Positions 1-10,734 of a stretch of 48,262 nt of DNA are shown here, one piece after another. Made by a program: the position numbers and the translations under genes. Where the stretch lies: the sequence record DRR723986_5340; one strand, written 5' to 3'. Each line of letters starts with the position of its first letter. Positions within the stretch are counted from its first letter, which is position 1. The notes under the pieces were generated by a model, which was not told where the DNA came from, searched no databases, and worked only from the letters and a program-made list of their open reading frames with translations.

Positions 1-1119
1 GTAGTAGATGAAGCGGCCCTTCAGGTCGACAGGCAGGGTTTCGCCTTTGCTCAGCATATCGACCATTTTCTTATGCGCAGCGTCGCGACCGGTCAACATC
101 TTACCGTTGAGCAAGAGCGTATCGCCGGGCTTCCAGGTTTTGATCTCATCGGCCGTTACGGTATCTAGGTTCACTCGCTTCACGTCGCCACCAGACTGAC
201 GCGTTACCTCTGGCCACTCTTCGAGTTTTGGCGGGGTCAGAGCGACGGCGCCACTGCCATCCAGGGTGAAGTGAGCGTGGCGGGTTGCCGCGCAGTTGGG
301 GATCAAGGCAATCGCCTTGTTCGCAGCGTGGGTCGGATAATCTTTAACCTTAACATCCAAGACGGTGGTCAGGCCGCCCAAGCCCTGGGCACCAATACCG
401 AGCTGATTGACCTTTTCATGCAGCTCCAGACGCAGCTCTTCCGAGCGGTTTGACGCGCCGCGTTTTTGCAGGTCGTGAATATCGATGGGGTCGAGCAGCG
501 CTTCTTTTGCCAACAGCATCGCCTTCTCGGCAGTACCGCCAATACCAATGCCCAGCATACCCGGTGGGCACCAGCCTGCGCCCATTGTCGGCACCATTTT
601 CAACACCCAGTCCACCACAGAATCAGAGGGATTGAGCATGGCAAATTTAGACTTGGCCTCTGAGCCGCCGCCTTTTGCTGCAACATGCACTTCAACGGTG
701 TCACCGGGAACAATTTCGTAGTGGATCACCGCGGGGGTATTGTCTTTAGTGTTACTGCGGGCACCGTCGGGGTCGGCAAGAATGGAGGCGCGCAGCACAT
801 TATCAGGCAAGTTGTAGGCACGGCGAACGCCTTCATTAACCATGTCGGTAACCGACATCTCAGCGTCCCACTGCACATTCATGCCCACGGTCAAAAACAC
901 CGTCACAATACCTGTGTCCTGACAAATGGGACGATGCCCCTCTGCACACATCCGCGAGTTGATCAGAATCTGTGCCATCGCGTCTTTGGCGGCAGGGTTT
1001 TGCTCGCGCTGATAGGCTTCGTCTACCGCCTTGATGAAATCAACCGGGTGGTAGTAGGAGATGTATTGCAGCGCATCTGCAACACTCTGAATCAGGTCAT
1101 CTTGGCGGATAACAGTCAT
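1..1119 (-). CDS. fumA: Class I (Fe-S) fumarate hydratase, 3' end runs off the window
   Basis: Not in the ORF track. Reverse strand from ATG at 1119 reads MTVIRQDDLIQSVADALQYISYYHP...RPICQDTG...GWCPPG...VDLKGRFIYY, the class I fumarase sequence, and is open to the window edge. Confidence 0.92.
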   Translation of the reverse strand, partial: MTVIRQDDLIQSVADALQYISYYHPVDFIKAVDEAYQREQNPAAKDAMAQILINSRMCAEGHRPICQDTGIVTVFLTVGMNVQWDAEMSVTDMVNEGVRRAYNLPDNVLRASILADPDGARSNTKDNTPAVIHYEIVPGDTVEVHVAAKGGGSEAKSKFAMLNPSDSVVDWVLKMVPTMGAGWCPPGMLGIGIGGTAEKAMLLAKEALLDPIDIHDLQKRGASNRSEELRLELHEKVNQLGIGAQGLGGLTTVLDVKVKDYPTHAANKAIALIPNCAATRHAHFTLDGSGAVALTPPKLEEWPEVTRQSGGDVKRVNLDTVTADEIKTWKPGDTLLLNGKMLTGRDAAHKKMVDMLSKGETLPVDLKGRFIYY

Positions 1120-1258
1120 TGGGCGAGGTCCTTGATAACGTTGTGGTGTCGGTGCCAAAGTGCGACGGTTGCCACACCTGATCACACTGTGCTGTTGCAG
1201 CCATGTGCCGCAACAGCTGGAATCGGCGCAGAAGTATACACCAGCTGCGGCCTCGCCG

Positions 1259-2017
1259 TCAGCGGGCCTGGGGACTGCCGCTGTGGTATTGCGTGACCGT
1301 TTGGCGCAGCGCTTCGATATCGCGATTCACCTGTTTGCGGAAGGCGTTCACCGAATCAAGCCATTCTTCACTCTGCTGTACACGACGTTCAACCGCCTTC
1401 ACCCGGGCATCCAAACTGCCGCCCGCAGTGAGTTGCTTATTCACCTCCAGCAGCGTCTTGCGATTTACCTCAGACTGGGCAATGACGCGGTCAAGCTTGC
1501 CAGACATTGAAGCCATTGCCTCACGGTCGGCATCATAACCCTGCAATGCACTCTTGAGCTTTGCGTCTAAAGAGCGGTGGCGGCTTTCTATGGCAGCCAG
1601 TCGCTTTTCATTTTTCGCCAACTGCGCATCGTGCTCAGCCAACTCTTGTTTTTGTTTTTTCCACACGTTGTCCCACAGCTTGCGGATTTCAAAATCCAGC
1701 TCTTTTAATTTCACCGCGGTGGTCACGCTGTTCTCTTCCAGGCTTTCATCCGCGGAAGATAAGCGCTGCTCCAGCACTTCCAGACGCTGCTGGGCCTGTT
1801 TTAAATCACCCTGAGCAATAGTCAGTTGATCAAACAGGTAGTAGGCGGCGGCCGCCAGCGCAACAATTAACAGCGTTAACATAAACAGGACGAAACCACC
1901 TCCGCCACTCGCCGCAGTGGCAGGGGGTAGCTCCTTTGAGCTTACTGCCGCCCGCTGTGCGACATCTTCCTCGTCAACAGCAATTGAAAATCGTGGTTCT
2001 TGTTTATCAGTACTCAC
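1259..2017 (-). CDS. Membrane-anchored coiled-coil protein of unknown function
   Basis: 252 aa. Acidic N-terminus, one TM helix (FVLFMLTLLIVALAAAAYYLF), then heptad-rich helices containing EIRKLW. Confidence 0.75.
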   Translation of the reverse strand: MSTDKQEPRFSIAVDEEDVAQRAAVSSKELPPATAASGGGGFVLFMLTLLIVALAAAAYYLFDQLTIAQGDLKQAQQRLEVLEQRLSSADESLEENSVTTAVKLKELDFEIRKLWDNVWKKQKQELAEHDAQLAKNEKRLAAIESRHRSLDAKLKSALQGYDADREAMASMSGKLDRVIAQSEVNRKTLLEVNKQLTAGGSLDARVKAVERRVQQSEEWLDSVNAFRKQVNRDIEALRQTVTQYHSGSPQAR

Positions 2018-2235
2018 AATTCAGTATTCCAATTAATTGTAGTTAAAGCGCCACTCTACACTCGCGCGTCTGCGTGGTAAGTCAGCGCATTATGAACGTC
2101 TGCCTCGTTCGCCTCCAGCCCCAGCATGCAGTTTCGCTGTGCAGCCACGGCGGCTTTGCTATACTTGCGCAGCCTGGGCCTCGGAGTCTGCGAGTCCCGA
2201 CAAAAAAACAGACAACAAGATGAGAGAGGGGTTTT

Positions 2236-2895
2236 ATGGACGCGTTCATTTCTGCGGATCTGGCCTTGCGCTGGCTGCACGTACTGTTCGGCATCGTTTG
2301 GATTGGCCTGCTGTACTATTTCAACTTTGTACAAACTGAATACTTCAAGGAGGCAGAGCCCTCTGCCAAGGCAGACGCCGTACAAAAGCTGGCGCCTCGC
2401 GCGCTGTGGTGGTTCCGCTGGGGAGCGATGTTCACCTTCCTGACGGGTCTGGGCTTGCTGCACTTCACGATGAGCCGCGGCGGGTTGAATGGCTACATCA
2501 TCATCGGTGCACTGATGGGCACCCTGATGTTTTTGAACGTCTGGCTGATTATCTGGCCCAACCAGAAGATTGTCTGCGGCATTACCCCGGGCGACGCCGC
2601 TAAAGCCGCGCCAAAAGCTGGCCTGGCTTCTCGCACCAACACCCTGTTCTCAGCACCCATGCTGATCGGCATGCTGGGCTCTTTCCACGGCAGCGGCAAT
2701 GCTGCTCTCGCGCAAGTCGGTAAAACAGCAAGCGGCGACCTGAGCCTCGGCCTGTGGATTTGCCTTGGCTTAATCGCGCTCCTCGAACTGAACGCCCTGT
2801 TCGGCAAAACCGGCCCAATGACCACGGTCAAAGGCGTTGTCCATTGCAGCATCGCGCTGGCCTTGGCGATGGTTGCACTGCTTCAGTACGTGTAA
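2236..2895 (+). CDS. Urate hydroxylase PuuD-like (Urate_ox_N/DUF989) membrane protein lacking a cytochrome c domain
   Basis: RWLHVLFGIVWIGLLYYFNF, FRWGAMFT, NVWLIIWPNQK and SRTNT motifs. Multi-TM, no CxxCH. RBS gagggg upstream. Confidence 0.75.
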   Translation: MDAFISADLALRWLHVLFGIVWIGLLYYFNFVQTEYFKEAEPSAKADAVQKLAPRALWWFRWGAMFTFLTGLGLLHFTMSRGGLNGYIIIGALMGTLMFLNVWLIIWPNQKIVCGITPGDAAKAAPKAGLASRTNTLFSAPMLIGMLGSFHGSGNAALAQVGKTASGDLSLGLWICLGLIALLELNALFGKTGPMTTVKGVVHCSIALALAMVALLQYV

Positions 2896-2928
2896 TACCG
2901 ATGAGACCACACCATGTGGTTCAGTACT

Positions 2929-2957
2929 AAAAAGGGGGCTTTCGCCCCCTTTTTTTT
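2929..2957. terminator. Bidirectional rho-independent terminator
   Basis: aaaaa-gggggc-tttc-gccccc-tttttttt between convergent genes. Confidence 0.9.
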
Positions 2958-2992
2958 CGCCAGCCTAAATCCCACCAGTCAGGCGCCTCTCA

Positions 2993-3358
2993 TTAGAACT
3001 GCTTACTGCGCAACAGCACCAAGGTACAGGCGTCCTCGCAAACAATGCTGCGCGCTCTTAACTCACGGGCCAAGCCCTCGTCCTCACTCCCTGGATTGAA
3101 AATGACCCGCCGGGGAGACAAACCAATCAGCGCATCCATATGCGGAGCCAGTAGCTCGCCACGCATATACACGGTGACGGTGTCGACAGGTCCGTCGACA
3201 CTGGCAATATCAGGCTGGCAGTGAATTCCCGCAACCGCGCGGTGATAGGGATTCACCGGTACAACCGTATGCCCGTACTCGGTGAGCATTTGTGTTGCCT
3301 TGTAGGAATATCGCTCTGGTTTAGGGCTTGCCCCAAGTACCACAACCCGTTCAGCCAT
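2993..3358 (-). CDS. CoA-binding protein (YccU-like)
   Basis: VVLGASPKPERYSY, VVPVNP, VIFNPG and ACTLVLL motifs. Confidence 0.85.
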   Translation of the reverse strand: MAERVVVLGASPKPERYSYKATQMLTEYGHTVVPVNPYHRAVAGIHCQPDIASVDGPVDTVTVYMRGELLAPHMDALIGLSPRRVIFNPGSEDEGLARELRARSIVCEDACTLVLLRSKQF

Positions 3359-3404
3359 CTCTTCCCTCCAAGCGAATACTCGCTATTTCACTGACGCCAG
3401 ACGT

Positions 3405-3428
3405 AAAAAAGCCGGGGCATGCCCCGGC
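3405..3428 (-). terminator. Rho-independent terminator of the lipoprotein gene
   Basis: Minus strand gccggggcatgccccggc followed by tttttt. Confidence 0.85.
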
Positions 3429-3448
3429 GCTATCATAGCGAAATACGC

Positions 3449-3991
3449 TTATTTTTCCTGGGTACCCATCCAGCGGCGCAAGGTCGACGCCAGCTCTTGC
3501 GCGTTATAGGCCTCTGCGCTGTCGGGCATCGGGTCATTACCCATCTTAATTTCCAGGGACGCCTGGTAAGAGGTTCGGGTGGTTGTCGAGGCAACACCAC
3601 CGCTCAAACGCCCCGGGGTTTGCGCAACCACTGTGTCACAGCTCAACAGGCCACAACGTTGATACACCGCCGTGCCGCCACCAAACTCGTTCACGCCAGA
3701 AATTGTACTGCTGCTGCGGCTTTTGCTTTCAGTATCGCGGTTCACTAACTGAAACCAGTCATAGCCTTCCTGCAAAGTCAGCTCTGCCGCACGAAGCAGT
3801 GCGTAATCATTGACCGTTTCCTTATCCGTTACGGTATTACCGGTAAACGTCACGCGGTAGCGGTCCTTGCCCAGTGCGGTCTCGGTGTAACCGTATGCAC
3901 CGCGCTTTTCAGCCGGCTGGTATGTAGTGCTACTACTGCATGCAGCCATCAGCACTGAAAGCAACGCGACAAACATCATCTGGGTACGCAT
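3449..3991 (-). CDS. CC0125/CC1285-family lipoprotein
   Basis: Start moved to ATG 3991 (RBS aggaga). Lipobox MAAC. GYTETALGKDRYRVTFTGN and ALLRAAELTLQEGYDWF motifs. Confidence 0.75.
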   Translation of the reverse strand: MRTQMMFVALLSVLMAACSSSTTYQPAEKRGAYGYTETALGKDRYRVTFTGNTVTDKETVNDYALLRAAELTLQEGYDWFQLVNRDTESKSRSSSTISGVNEFGGGTAVYQRCGLLSCDTVVAQTPGRLSGGVASTTTRTSYQASLEIKMGNDPMPDSAEAYNAQELASTLRRWMGTQEK

Positions 3992-4041
3992 AAAATCTCC
4001 TCGTATTTTGAAAGCCAACTGCTTTTTTCTCATCGCCCCCT

Positions 4042-4074
4042 ACTGTACTAGCCCCGCCTGAACTGAAGCTGAAT
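4042..4074 (-). promoter_or_regulatory. Putative PhoP-type (OmpR family) box plus -10 element
   Basis: Minus strand ATTCAG-cttca-GTTCAG, 10 nt, then TACAGT. Confidence 0.55.
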
Positions 4075-4111
4075 AAGTAAAAACCCTTACCAACTCCTGC
4101 CGCGACCGGCC

Positions 4112-4987
4112 CTATGGACGCCAAACACGCATGTGCGCTTGGTGGCAGCCCTCCGGCGCTAGTAATAATTCATCGGCGAAAGCCATGCCTCTCTCTACGC
4201 AAATGTATTTGTTGTAGTGCTCGGCAACGTCATCCATTTTCTCGGCCAATGTTGCACCCGGGTTCCACACCACAACGGTATCGCACCCCTGCCCCGCAAT
4301 AGCCAGCGACCCCTTTCCCGTTGCTAATTCCTGAACACCACCCACCTGCTCAAATACGCGATCAACCTCACCATCAAAGCGCTGGACGGTGCTAAGTCGG
4401 CATTTAGCCAAGCCCTGGGTATTATCCAAATAGTCGCCCTTGCCCAGGCCCTGAACACTCGCCGCAGCAGTCTCCGCGGCAAAGTAGCTGTGCATGGCAA
4501 AACTCAAGGGCAGGCTCTGCTGGCTGCGATTGCAAATCACTAACTCGCACGCCAACTCGCGCCCCAATCGGTACACCACCTGTGCGCTATACATCCAGGG
4601 AAAGCGTGCCTGCTCGTCAGGTGCAGACTCGATGGCAAATCGAAGGCTCAAGCCATCCTTGTCGCTACTCGCCTCCAGCAATTGCCACTCTCGCTGCCTG
4701 GCAAACCCGTGCTTGGGCAAGGTGGCGTCGCGACGATTCACACCAAACCACGGCAAACACAGGGGAATCCCCCCACGAATGGCCGCGCCGTCGGAAAAAA
4801 CCGCCTTGGGGCTCAGCCACAGCCAGTCTTCGTCGCCCACCGGCGCAAATGACAATAACTGTGCGCCCTGCAGCGCAAACACCGCCCGACATTGTGCGGT
4901 GTCTGCAACGATTAGCGGCAAAGCCTGCTCGCTGCCATATTCCCTGCGGCTATCGCTGACCCTCACTCCACTGGGAAGATCAATCAT
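4112..4987 (-). CDS. D-hexose-6-phosphate mutarotase (YeaD-like, aldose 1-epimerase family)
   Basis: GAQLLSF, AIRGGIPLCLPWFG, HGFAR, AMHSYF, VVWNPG and YICVE motifs. Confidence 0.88.
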   Translation of the reverse strand: MIDLPSGVRVSDSRREYGSEQALPLIVADTAQCRAVFALQGAQLLSFAPVGDEDWLWLSPKAVFSDGAAIRGGIPLCLPWFGVNRRDATLPKHGFARQREWQLLEASSDKDGLSLRFAIESAPDEQARFPWMYSAQVVYRLGRELACELVICNRSQQSLPLSFAMHSYFAAETAAASVQGLGKGDYLDNTQGLAKCRLSTVQRFDGEVDRVFEQVGGVQELATGKGSLAIAGQGCDTVVVWNPGATLAEKMDDVAEHYNKYICVERGMAFADELLLAPEGCHQAHMRVWRP

Positions 4988-5684
4988 CAGTATTTTCCTC
5001 GGCGGCGGACGCAGACTTCACCCACAGCATATCGTTCGCCCCCTTTTGAAATTGGTAGTCCACGCGCTCCATTCCAACATCATAGCCCCGCTCCCCCAGC
5101 TCCCGCACAACGGCGGGCAGGTGCTGCGACACACGACCATCTACTGAGACCAGCGGATAAATACGCACCTCGCGGGCAACACGGCACAGCTCAAGCACTG
5201 CCTCAACATGGGCCTGAAGATCGATGTGCTCGCTGTAGAGAAACAATAAGTGTGAACAAAGGGCCAAGTCGTACTCGCCATCAAAACACGGCAGCTCAGG
5301 CAAACTGGCCTCAACATAGCGACCCGCTTGCAAACCGCTTGGGTAATCTTCCAAAAATCGATTCATCGCCGACATACGCACTGAGCCCAAGTGTCCTGGG
5401 TCGCGAAAGTGGCGCCATACATATTGGTCTGCCTGCCGCGCAAATTGGCTGAGCATACCGGGGTAGACACGGCGAATACGCTGCTGGATATCGTCGGCGC
5501 TGAACTGATAGATCGGGTCGACCGACAACACTTTACCGCCCTGCGCCGTTACTTCGGCATTAAAACTCGCCGTGCCGTCACCGCAGCCAAGGATGCTGCG
5601 CTCTAGGTCTTCCTCTCGCAGCGCAAACATCGCTGCATACTCCGCCAGGGATCGCCCCCACGGCACTACTGATGATAGCTCCAA
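4980..5684 (-). CDS. Class I SAM-dependent methyltransferase
   Basis: Likely TTG start at 5684 (the longer ORF extension crosses intergenic hairpins). WGRSLAEYAAMF, ILGCGDGTASF, DLALCSHLLFLYS and EVRIYPL motifs. Confidence 0.75.
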   Translation of the reverse strand: MELSSVVPWGRSLAEYAAMFALREEDLERSILGCGDGTASFNAEVTAQGGKVLSVDPIYQFSADDIQQRIRRVYPGMLSQFARQADQYVWRHFRDPGHLGSVRMSAMNRFLEDYPSGLQAGRYVEASLPELPCFDGEYDLALCSHLLFLYSEHIDLQAHVEAVLELCRVAREVRIYPLVSVDGRVSQHLPAVVRELGERGYDVGMERVDYQFQKGANDMLWVKSASAAEENTDD

Positions 5685-5863
5685 AAATAATCCACCGAAT
5701 AACCAGAAAAAACCCGCGTGGCGGGCTCGAATAACGCAGTATAAATCCTGGGGCCAGCACGGCGCCAATAACTCAGCTAAAACACAACCATACAGGCACA
5801 TTCCCGCAATACTGAGGTGGGGCAACTCAGCTGCAAAGTCTGTCCTGCCACGGATGGCCAGGC

Positions 5864-5889
5864 AAAAAAAAGCCCCGCGATGCGGGGCT
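5864..5889 (-). terminator. groESL terminator
   Basis: Minus strand agccccgc-atc-gcggggct followed by a T run, just after the groEL stop. Confidence 0.88.
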
Positions 5890-5912
5890 CTCATTTTTAT
5901 GGATGTGTGGGC

Positions 5913-7571
<1,659 letters not shown>

Positions 7572-7605
7572 CTACTAATTCGTTGATTCAATTGAGCGCT
7601 AGAAA

Positions 7606-7896
7606 TTAGCCTTCGATAACACCGAAGATTTCAGACTCACCGAGAACAATCAGCTCTTCACCGTCGACTTTAACGGCGTTACCAGAGTACTGACCGAAGA
7701 TCACGCGATCGCCAACCTTGACACCAACAGGGCGCAACTCACCGTTTTCCAGCAATTTGCCCTCGCCTACAGCCAATACTTCGCCTTGATTCGGCTTCTC
7801 TTTGGCAGAACCGGGCAAAACGATACCGCCGGCGCTGGTCTGCTCCTCTTCGCTACGACGAACCACTACACGGTCGTATAAGGGACGAATTTTCAT
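7606..7896 (-). CDS. groS: Co-chaperonin GroES
   Basis: [28 protein letters not shown] at 7896 with RBS ggag. Confidence 0.98.
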   Translation of the reverse strand: MKIRPLYDRVVVRRSEEEQTSAGGIVLPGSAKEKPNQGEVLAVGEGKLLENGELRPVGVKVGDRVIFGQYSGNAVKVDGEELIVLGESEIFGVIEG

Positions 7897-8063
7897 CTTG
7901 ATCAATCTCCATTAAATCAATGAACAGATTTTTATTTGACCGGACATTCCGGCACCGCCAGGTAGTGATTACCTACTTGGCGACCTCCCTTTCACACGGA
8001 TCGGGAATCATCAGGTTTCCCATCGCGCAGACTGGACATGCAGTCACCGTGGGCTGCTCAGGT

Positions 8064-8092
8064 AACTGGGGGCGAGAAAATGCTTTTCAAGG
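8064..8092 (-). promoter_or_regulatory. Sigma-32 (RpoH) promoter of groESL
   Basis: Minus strand cCTTGAA-14 nt-CCCCAGTT, matching the CTTGAA..CCCCATNT consensus. Confidence 0.8.
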
Positions 8093-8109
8093 GCAAAGAG
8101 TGAAAATTT

Positions 8110-8580
8110 TTAGTCTTCTTTTCGGTATTCACCTTCGATGGTGATATGGCCAGGCTCGCGGCGCCCTTCCGCGCCCGAAGAATTGCCGCGCGGGCCGCCA
8201 CTGGCGCTGAAGCCACCGGCTTGCATCTGAATAACGCCGCGGCGCAGCATCTGGTCAATAACGGCGTTGCGCAAGGGACGAATCAGGCAGACGAAACCCA
8301 CCGCATCAGTAATAAAGCCCGGTGTGAGCAGTAGTGCGCCGCCGATTGCCAGCATCAGGCCCTCGAGTATCTCTCTGGCGGGCACCTCACCGTGATCCAG
8401 GCGCTGGCGCGCACGCAATAACGTAGACACGCCCTGCTGGCGCAGCAATGTGGCGCCGATTAACGCGGTTAGCAATACACACGCGATCGTAGGCAGGGCA
8501 CCGATCAGCCCCCCAACCTCGATAAGCAGCCACATTTCCAAGATGGGGGCGATGACAAAAATACTAAATAGGACTCTCAT
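8110..8580 (-). CDS. fxsA: FxsA family membrane protein
   Basis: PILEMWLLIEVG, LLLTPGFITDAVG and C-terminal IEGEY. Conserved position upstream of groES. ATG at 8580. Confidence 0.92.
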   Translation of the reverse strand: MRVLFSIFVIAPILEMWLLIEVGGLIGALPTIACVLLTALIGATLLRQQGVSTLLRARQRLDHGEVPAREILEGLMLAIGGALLLTPGFITDAVGFVCLIRPLRNAVIDQMLRRGVIQMQAGGFSASGGPRGNSSGAEGRREPGHITIEGEYRKED

Positions 8581-8727
8581 AGTTATGCTGACCTGATGAA
8601 TCAAAAATGGTGCCGTCTTTAGCCCCAAGGAAAGAAAAAAACCAAAGCGCCTAGTGCCCGCCTTGCTGACAACTTATTATGTCAGCAACGCCACTGCGAC
8701 CTCTACCACCTTCGAGACCTCAGCCCT

Positions 8728-9741
8728 ATGCACCTCGCTCGCGCCGCTTTATTACTGCTGCTAACACCATATATTTCAAAAAGTTACGCCGCACCGTCGA
8801 GTGCGCCAACACCAGCGATGGATATGGAAGAATGCCTATCGCTGGCCGCTCAGAGTGCCTCCGACGAGATCACGCTCGGCCAACTGCGCGAACAGTGCCA
8901 ACAGCGCCTTCAAGGCCCCGATGCTGCCGAAGAGCATATTCGCAAACAAACCAAGGGCGTTGTCGAAGAGCGTGTTGCACTAGAGCGCTTCACCGATGAC
9001 AACCCCTTTGTACTCACCCCCCACCGCGCCAATTACTTGCTTCCCCTGTCCTGGCGCGACGACACCGCAGACTACAGCTCTTCGCTGCCGATCAAAGAGG
9101 AAAATGTTGATAGCACTGAGGTCGAATTTCAGCTTAGTGTAAAAGTACACATCGCCAAGGGAATCCTCGGGGGCGGCATTCTCAGCGGCGCCTATACCAA
9201 CCGCTCCTTCTGGCAGGCCTACAACAAGGAGTTTTCCGCACCGTTTCGCGAGACCAACCACGAGCCCGAGCTCATTCTCAGTTACAGCAACGACTGGCAA
9301 TGGAAAGGGATTCGCAACGTGGGCAACCAGCTAATATTTAACCATCAGTCCAACGGCCGCGGCGAGCCGTTGTCACGCAGCTGGAATCGCATCATGCTCA
9401 ATATGGTGTTTGAGCACGACCGCTTCGCCATGACCTTTAAGCCCTGGTACCGCATCCCCGAGGCCGCCGATGACGACGATAACCGCGATATCGAATTTTA
9501 TCTCGGCCACTTTGAGTGGATGGGCTTCTATCAATGGAAAGACCGCACACTCAGCGTGATGCTGCGCAACAACTTGCGCAGCGACAACCGTGGCGCAGTG
9601 GAAATCGGTTGGAGCTTTCCGATTAGTTCCAAGATCAAAGCTTATGTAAAATACTTTAATGGTTATGGCGAAAGCCTGATCGAATACAATAACTCGCTGC
9701 AGAGCGTCGGTTTTGGCGTGCTGATCAGCGATTGGCTGTAA
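8728..9741 (+). CDS. pldA: Outer membrane phospholipase A1 (OMPLA)
   Basis: Signal peptide, FRETNHEPE, catalytic HQSNG, SRSWNR and GYGESLIEYN. Confidence 0.93.
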   Translation: MHLARAALLLLLTPYISKSYAAPSSAPTPAMDMEECLSLAAQSASDEITLGQLREQCQQRLQGPDAAEEHIRKQTKGVVEERVALERFTDDNPFVLTPHRANYLLPLSWRDDTADYSSSLPIKEENVDSTEVEFQLSVKVHIAKGILGGGILSGAYTNRSFWQAYNKEFSAPFRETNHEPELILSYSNDWQWKGIRNVGNQLIFNHQSNGRGEPLSRSWNRIMLNMVFEHDRFAMTFKPWYRIPEAADDDDNRDIEFYLGHFEWMGFYQWKDRTLSVMLRNNLRSDNRGAVEIGWSFPISSKIKAYVKYFNGYGESLIEYNNSLQSVGFGVLISDWL

Positions 9742-9773
9742 CACTCGACAGAAAACACATAAAAAGGTAGATA

Positions 9774-10418
9774 ATGATCAATGCTCAGGAAGCGCTTGCG
9801 CGTTTAAAAGAAGGCAATACCCGCTTTGTTGAAAAGCTGGCTGAAAACAAAGACTACATATCAAATAAAAAACCCGAGTTGGTTGAGGAGCAAAGCCCCT
9901 TCGCCATCATTTTGGGTTGCTCCGATGCGCGGGTTCCCGCTGAGATGGTGTTTGACCAAACTCTGGGCGATCTGTTTGTTATTCGCGTAGCCGGCAATGT
10001 TGTAGCCCCGTCGGGCATCGGCAGTGTTGAATTTGCCGCCCTCAACTTTGGCACGCCATTGGTTGTAGTGCTAGGTCACTCGCGCTGTGGCGCTGTCAAA
10101 GCCACGGTAGACGCACTGAGTGGCAACTCCAAAATCCCCACCTCCGCCCTACACTCCATTGTTAAGCGCGTGCGCCCAGCCGTGGAAACGCTGCTAGTCA
10201 CCGAGTTAAAAGACAACCCAGAGGAACTGGTTAAGCAGGCGGTACGCGCCAATGTACGGACCTCAGTAGAGCACCTTTGCAGCGGCTCATCCACATTGGA
10301 ACAGCTGATTAGCGAAGGAAAGCTAATGGTCGTGGGCGCAGAGTACTCGCTGGAAACCGGAAAGGTCGACTTCTTCTACGAAGACTACTGGGAGCGTATT
10401 CGCAACCTTGACGAATAA
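9774..10418 (+). CDS. Beta-class carbonic anhydrase
   Basis: GCSDARV, RVAGN and GHSRCGAV zinc motifs. Confidence 0.93.
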   Translation: MINAQEALARLKEGNTRFVEKLAENKDYISNKKPELVEEQSPFAIILGCSDARVPAEMVFDQTLGDLFVIRVAGNVVAPSGIGSVEFAALNFGTPLVVVLGHSRCGAVKATVDALSGNSKIPTSALHSIVKRVRPAVETLLVTELKDNPEELVKQAVRANVRTSVEHLCSGSSTLEQLISEGKLMVVGAEYSLETGKVDFFYEDYWERIRNLDE

Positions 10419-10734
10419 GCCTTCCGACCAAGCTCGGCGTCAGCTACTGCTGGCGCTGAGTCAGATTCCTCCTGGCCGCTTATGCAGCTACGGCGAGCTC
10501 GCCCGCCAAGCAGGACTGCCCGGCCGGGCCCGCTGGGTTGGGCGCCAGCTCAGCCAACTTCCCGACCAGAACACCCTGCCTTGGCACCGCGTTATCAATG
10601 CACAAGGCAAAATCAGTTTCCCACACAATTCCGAGGCTTATCGTCGACAGCTCTCACGGCTGATTGATGAAGGCAGCGCCTCACCCGACGGCAAAATCGC
10701 GTGGCAGCGATGCCGGTGGCCGGATCAGCACTAG
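10408..10734 (+). CDS. Alkyltransferase-like (ATL/YbaZ-type) MGMT family protein
   Basis: IPPGRLCSYGELA, ARWVG and PWHRV (Trp in place of the catalytic Cys). Confidence 0.88.
   Translation: MTNKPSDQARRQLLLALSQIPPGRLCSYGELARQAGLPGRARWVGRQLSQLPDQNTLPWHRVINAQGKISFPHNSEAYRRQLSRLIDEGSASPDGKIAWQRCRWPDQH

Noticed and set aside
685-1296. 203-aa plus-strand ORF and other small ORFs in 1-1300
   Set aside because: They are antisense shadows of the fumarase gene, which the ORF track missed because its stop lies outside the window.
5685-5894. N-terminal extension of the methyltransferase ORF to 304 aa
   Set aside because: It runs through the groEL terminator, and family-like sequence begins only at about 5684.
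5744-5905. Possible Rsm/Csr-type sRNA on the + strand
   Set aside because: Only one or two GGA motifs are present, whereas such sRNAs carry many.
8603-8630. Possible sigma-32 promoter for fxsA (CTTGGG..CACCATTT)
   Set aside because: The -35 match is poor and the spacer is short, so it is not supportable from sequence alone.
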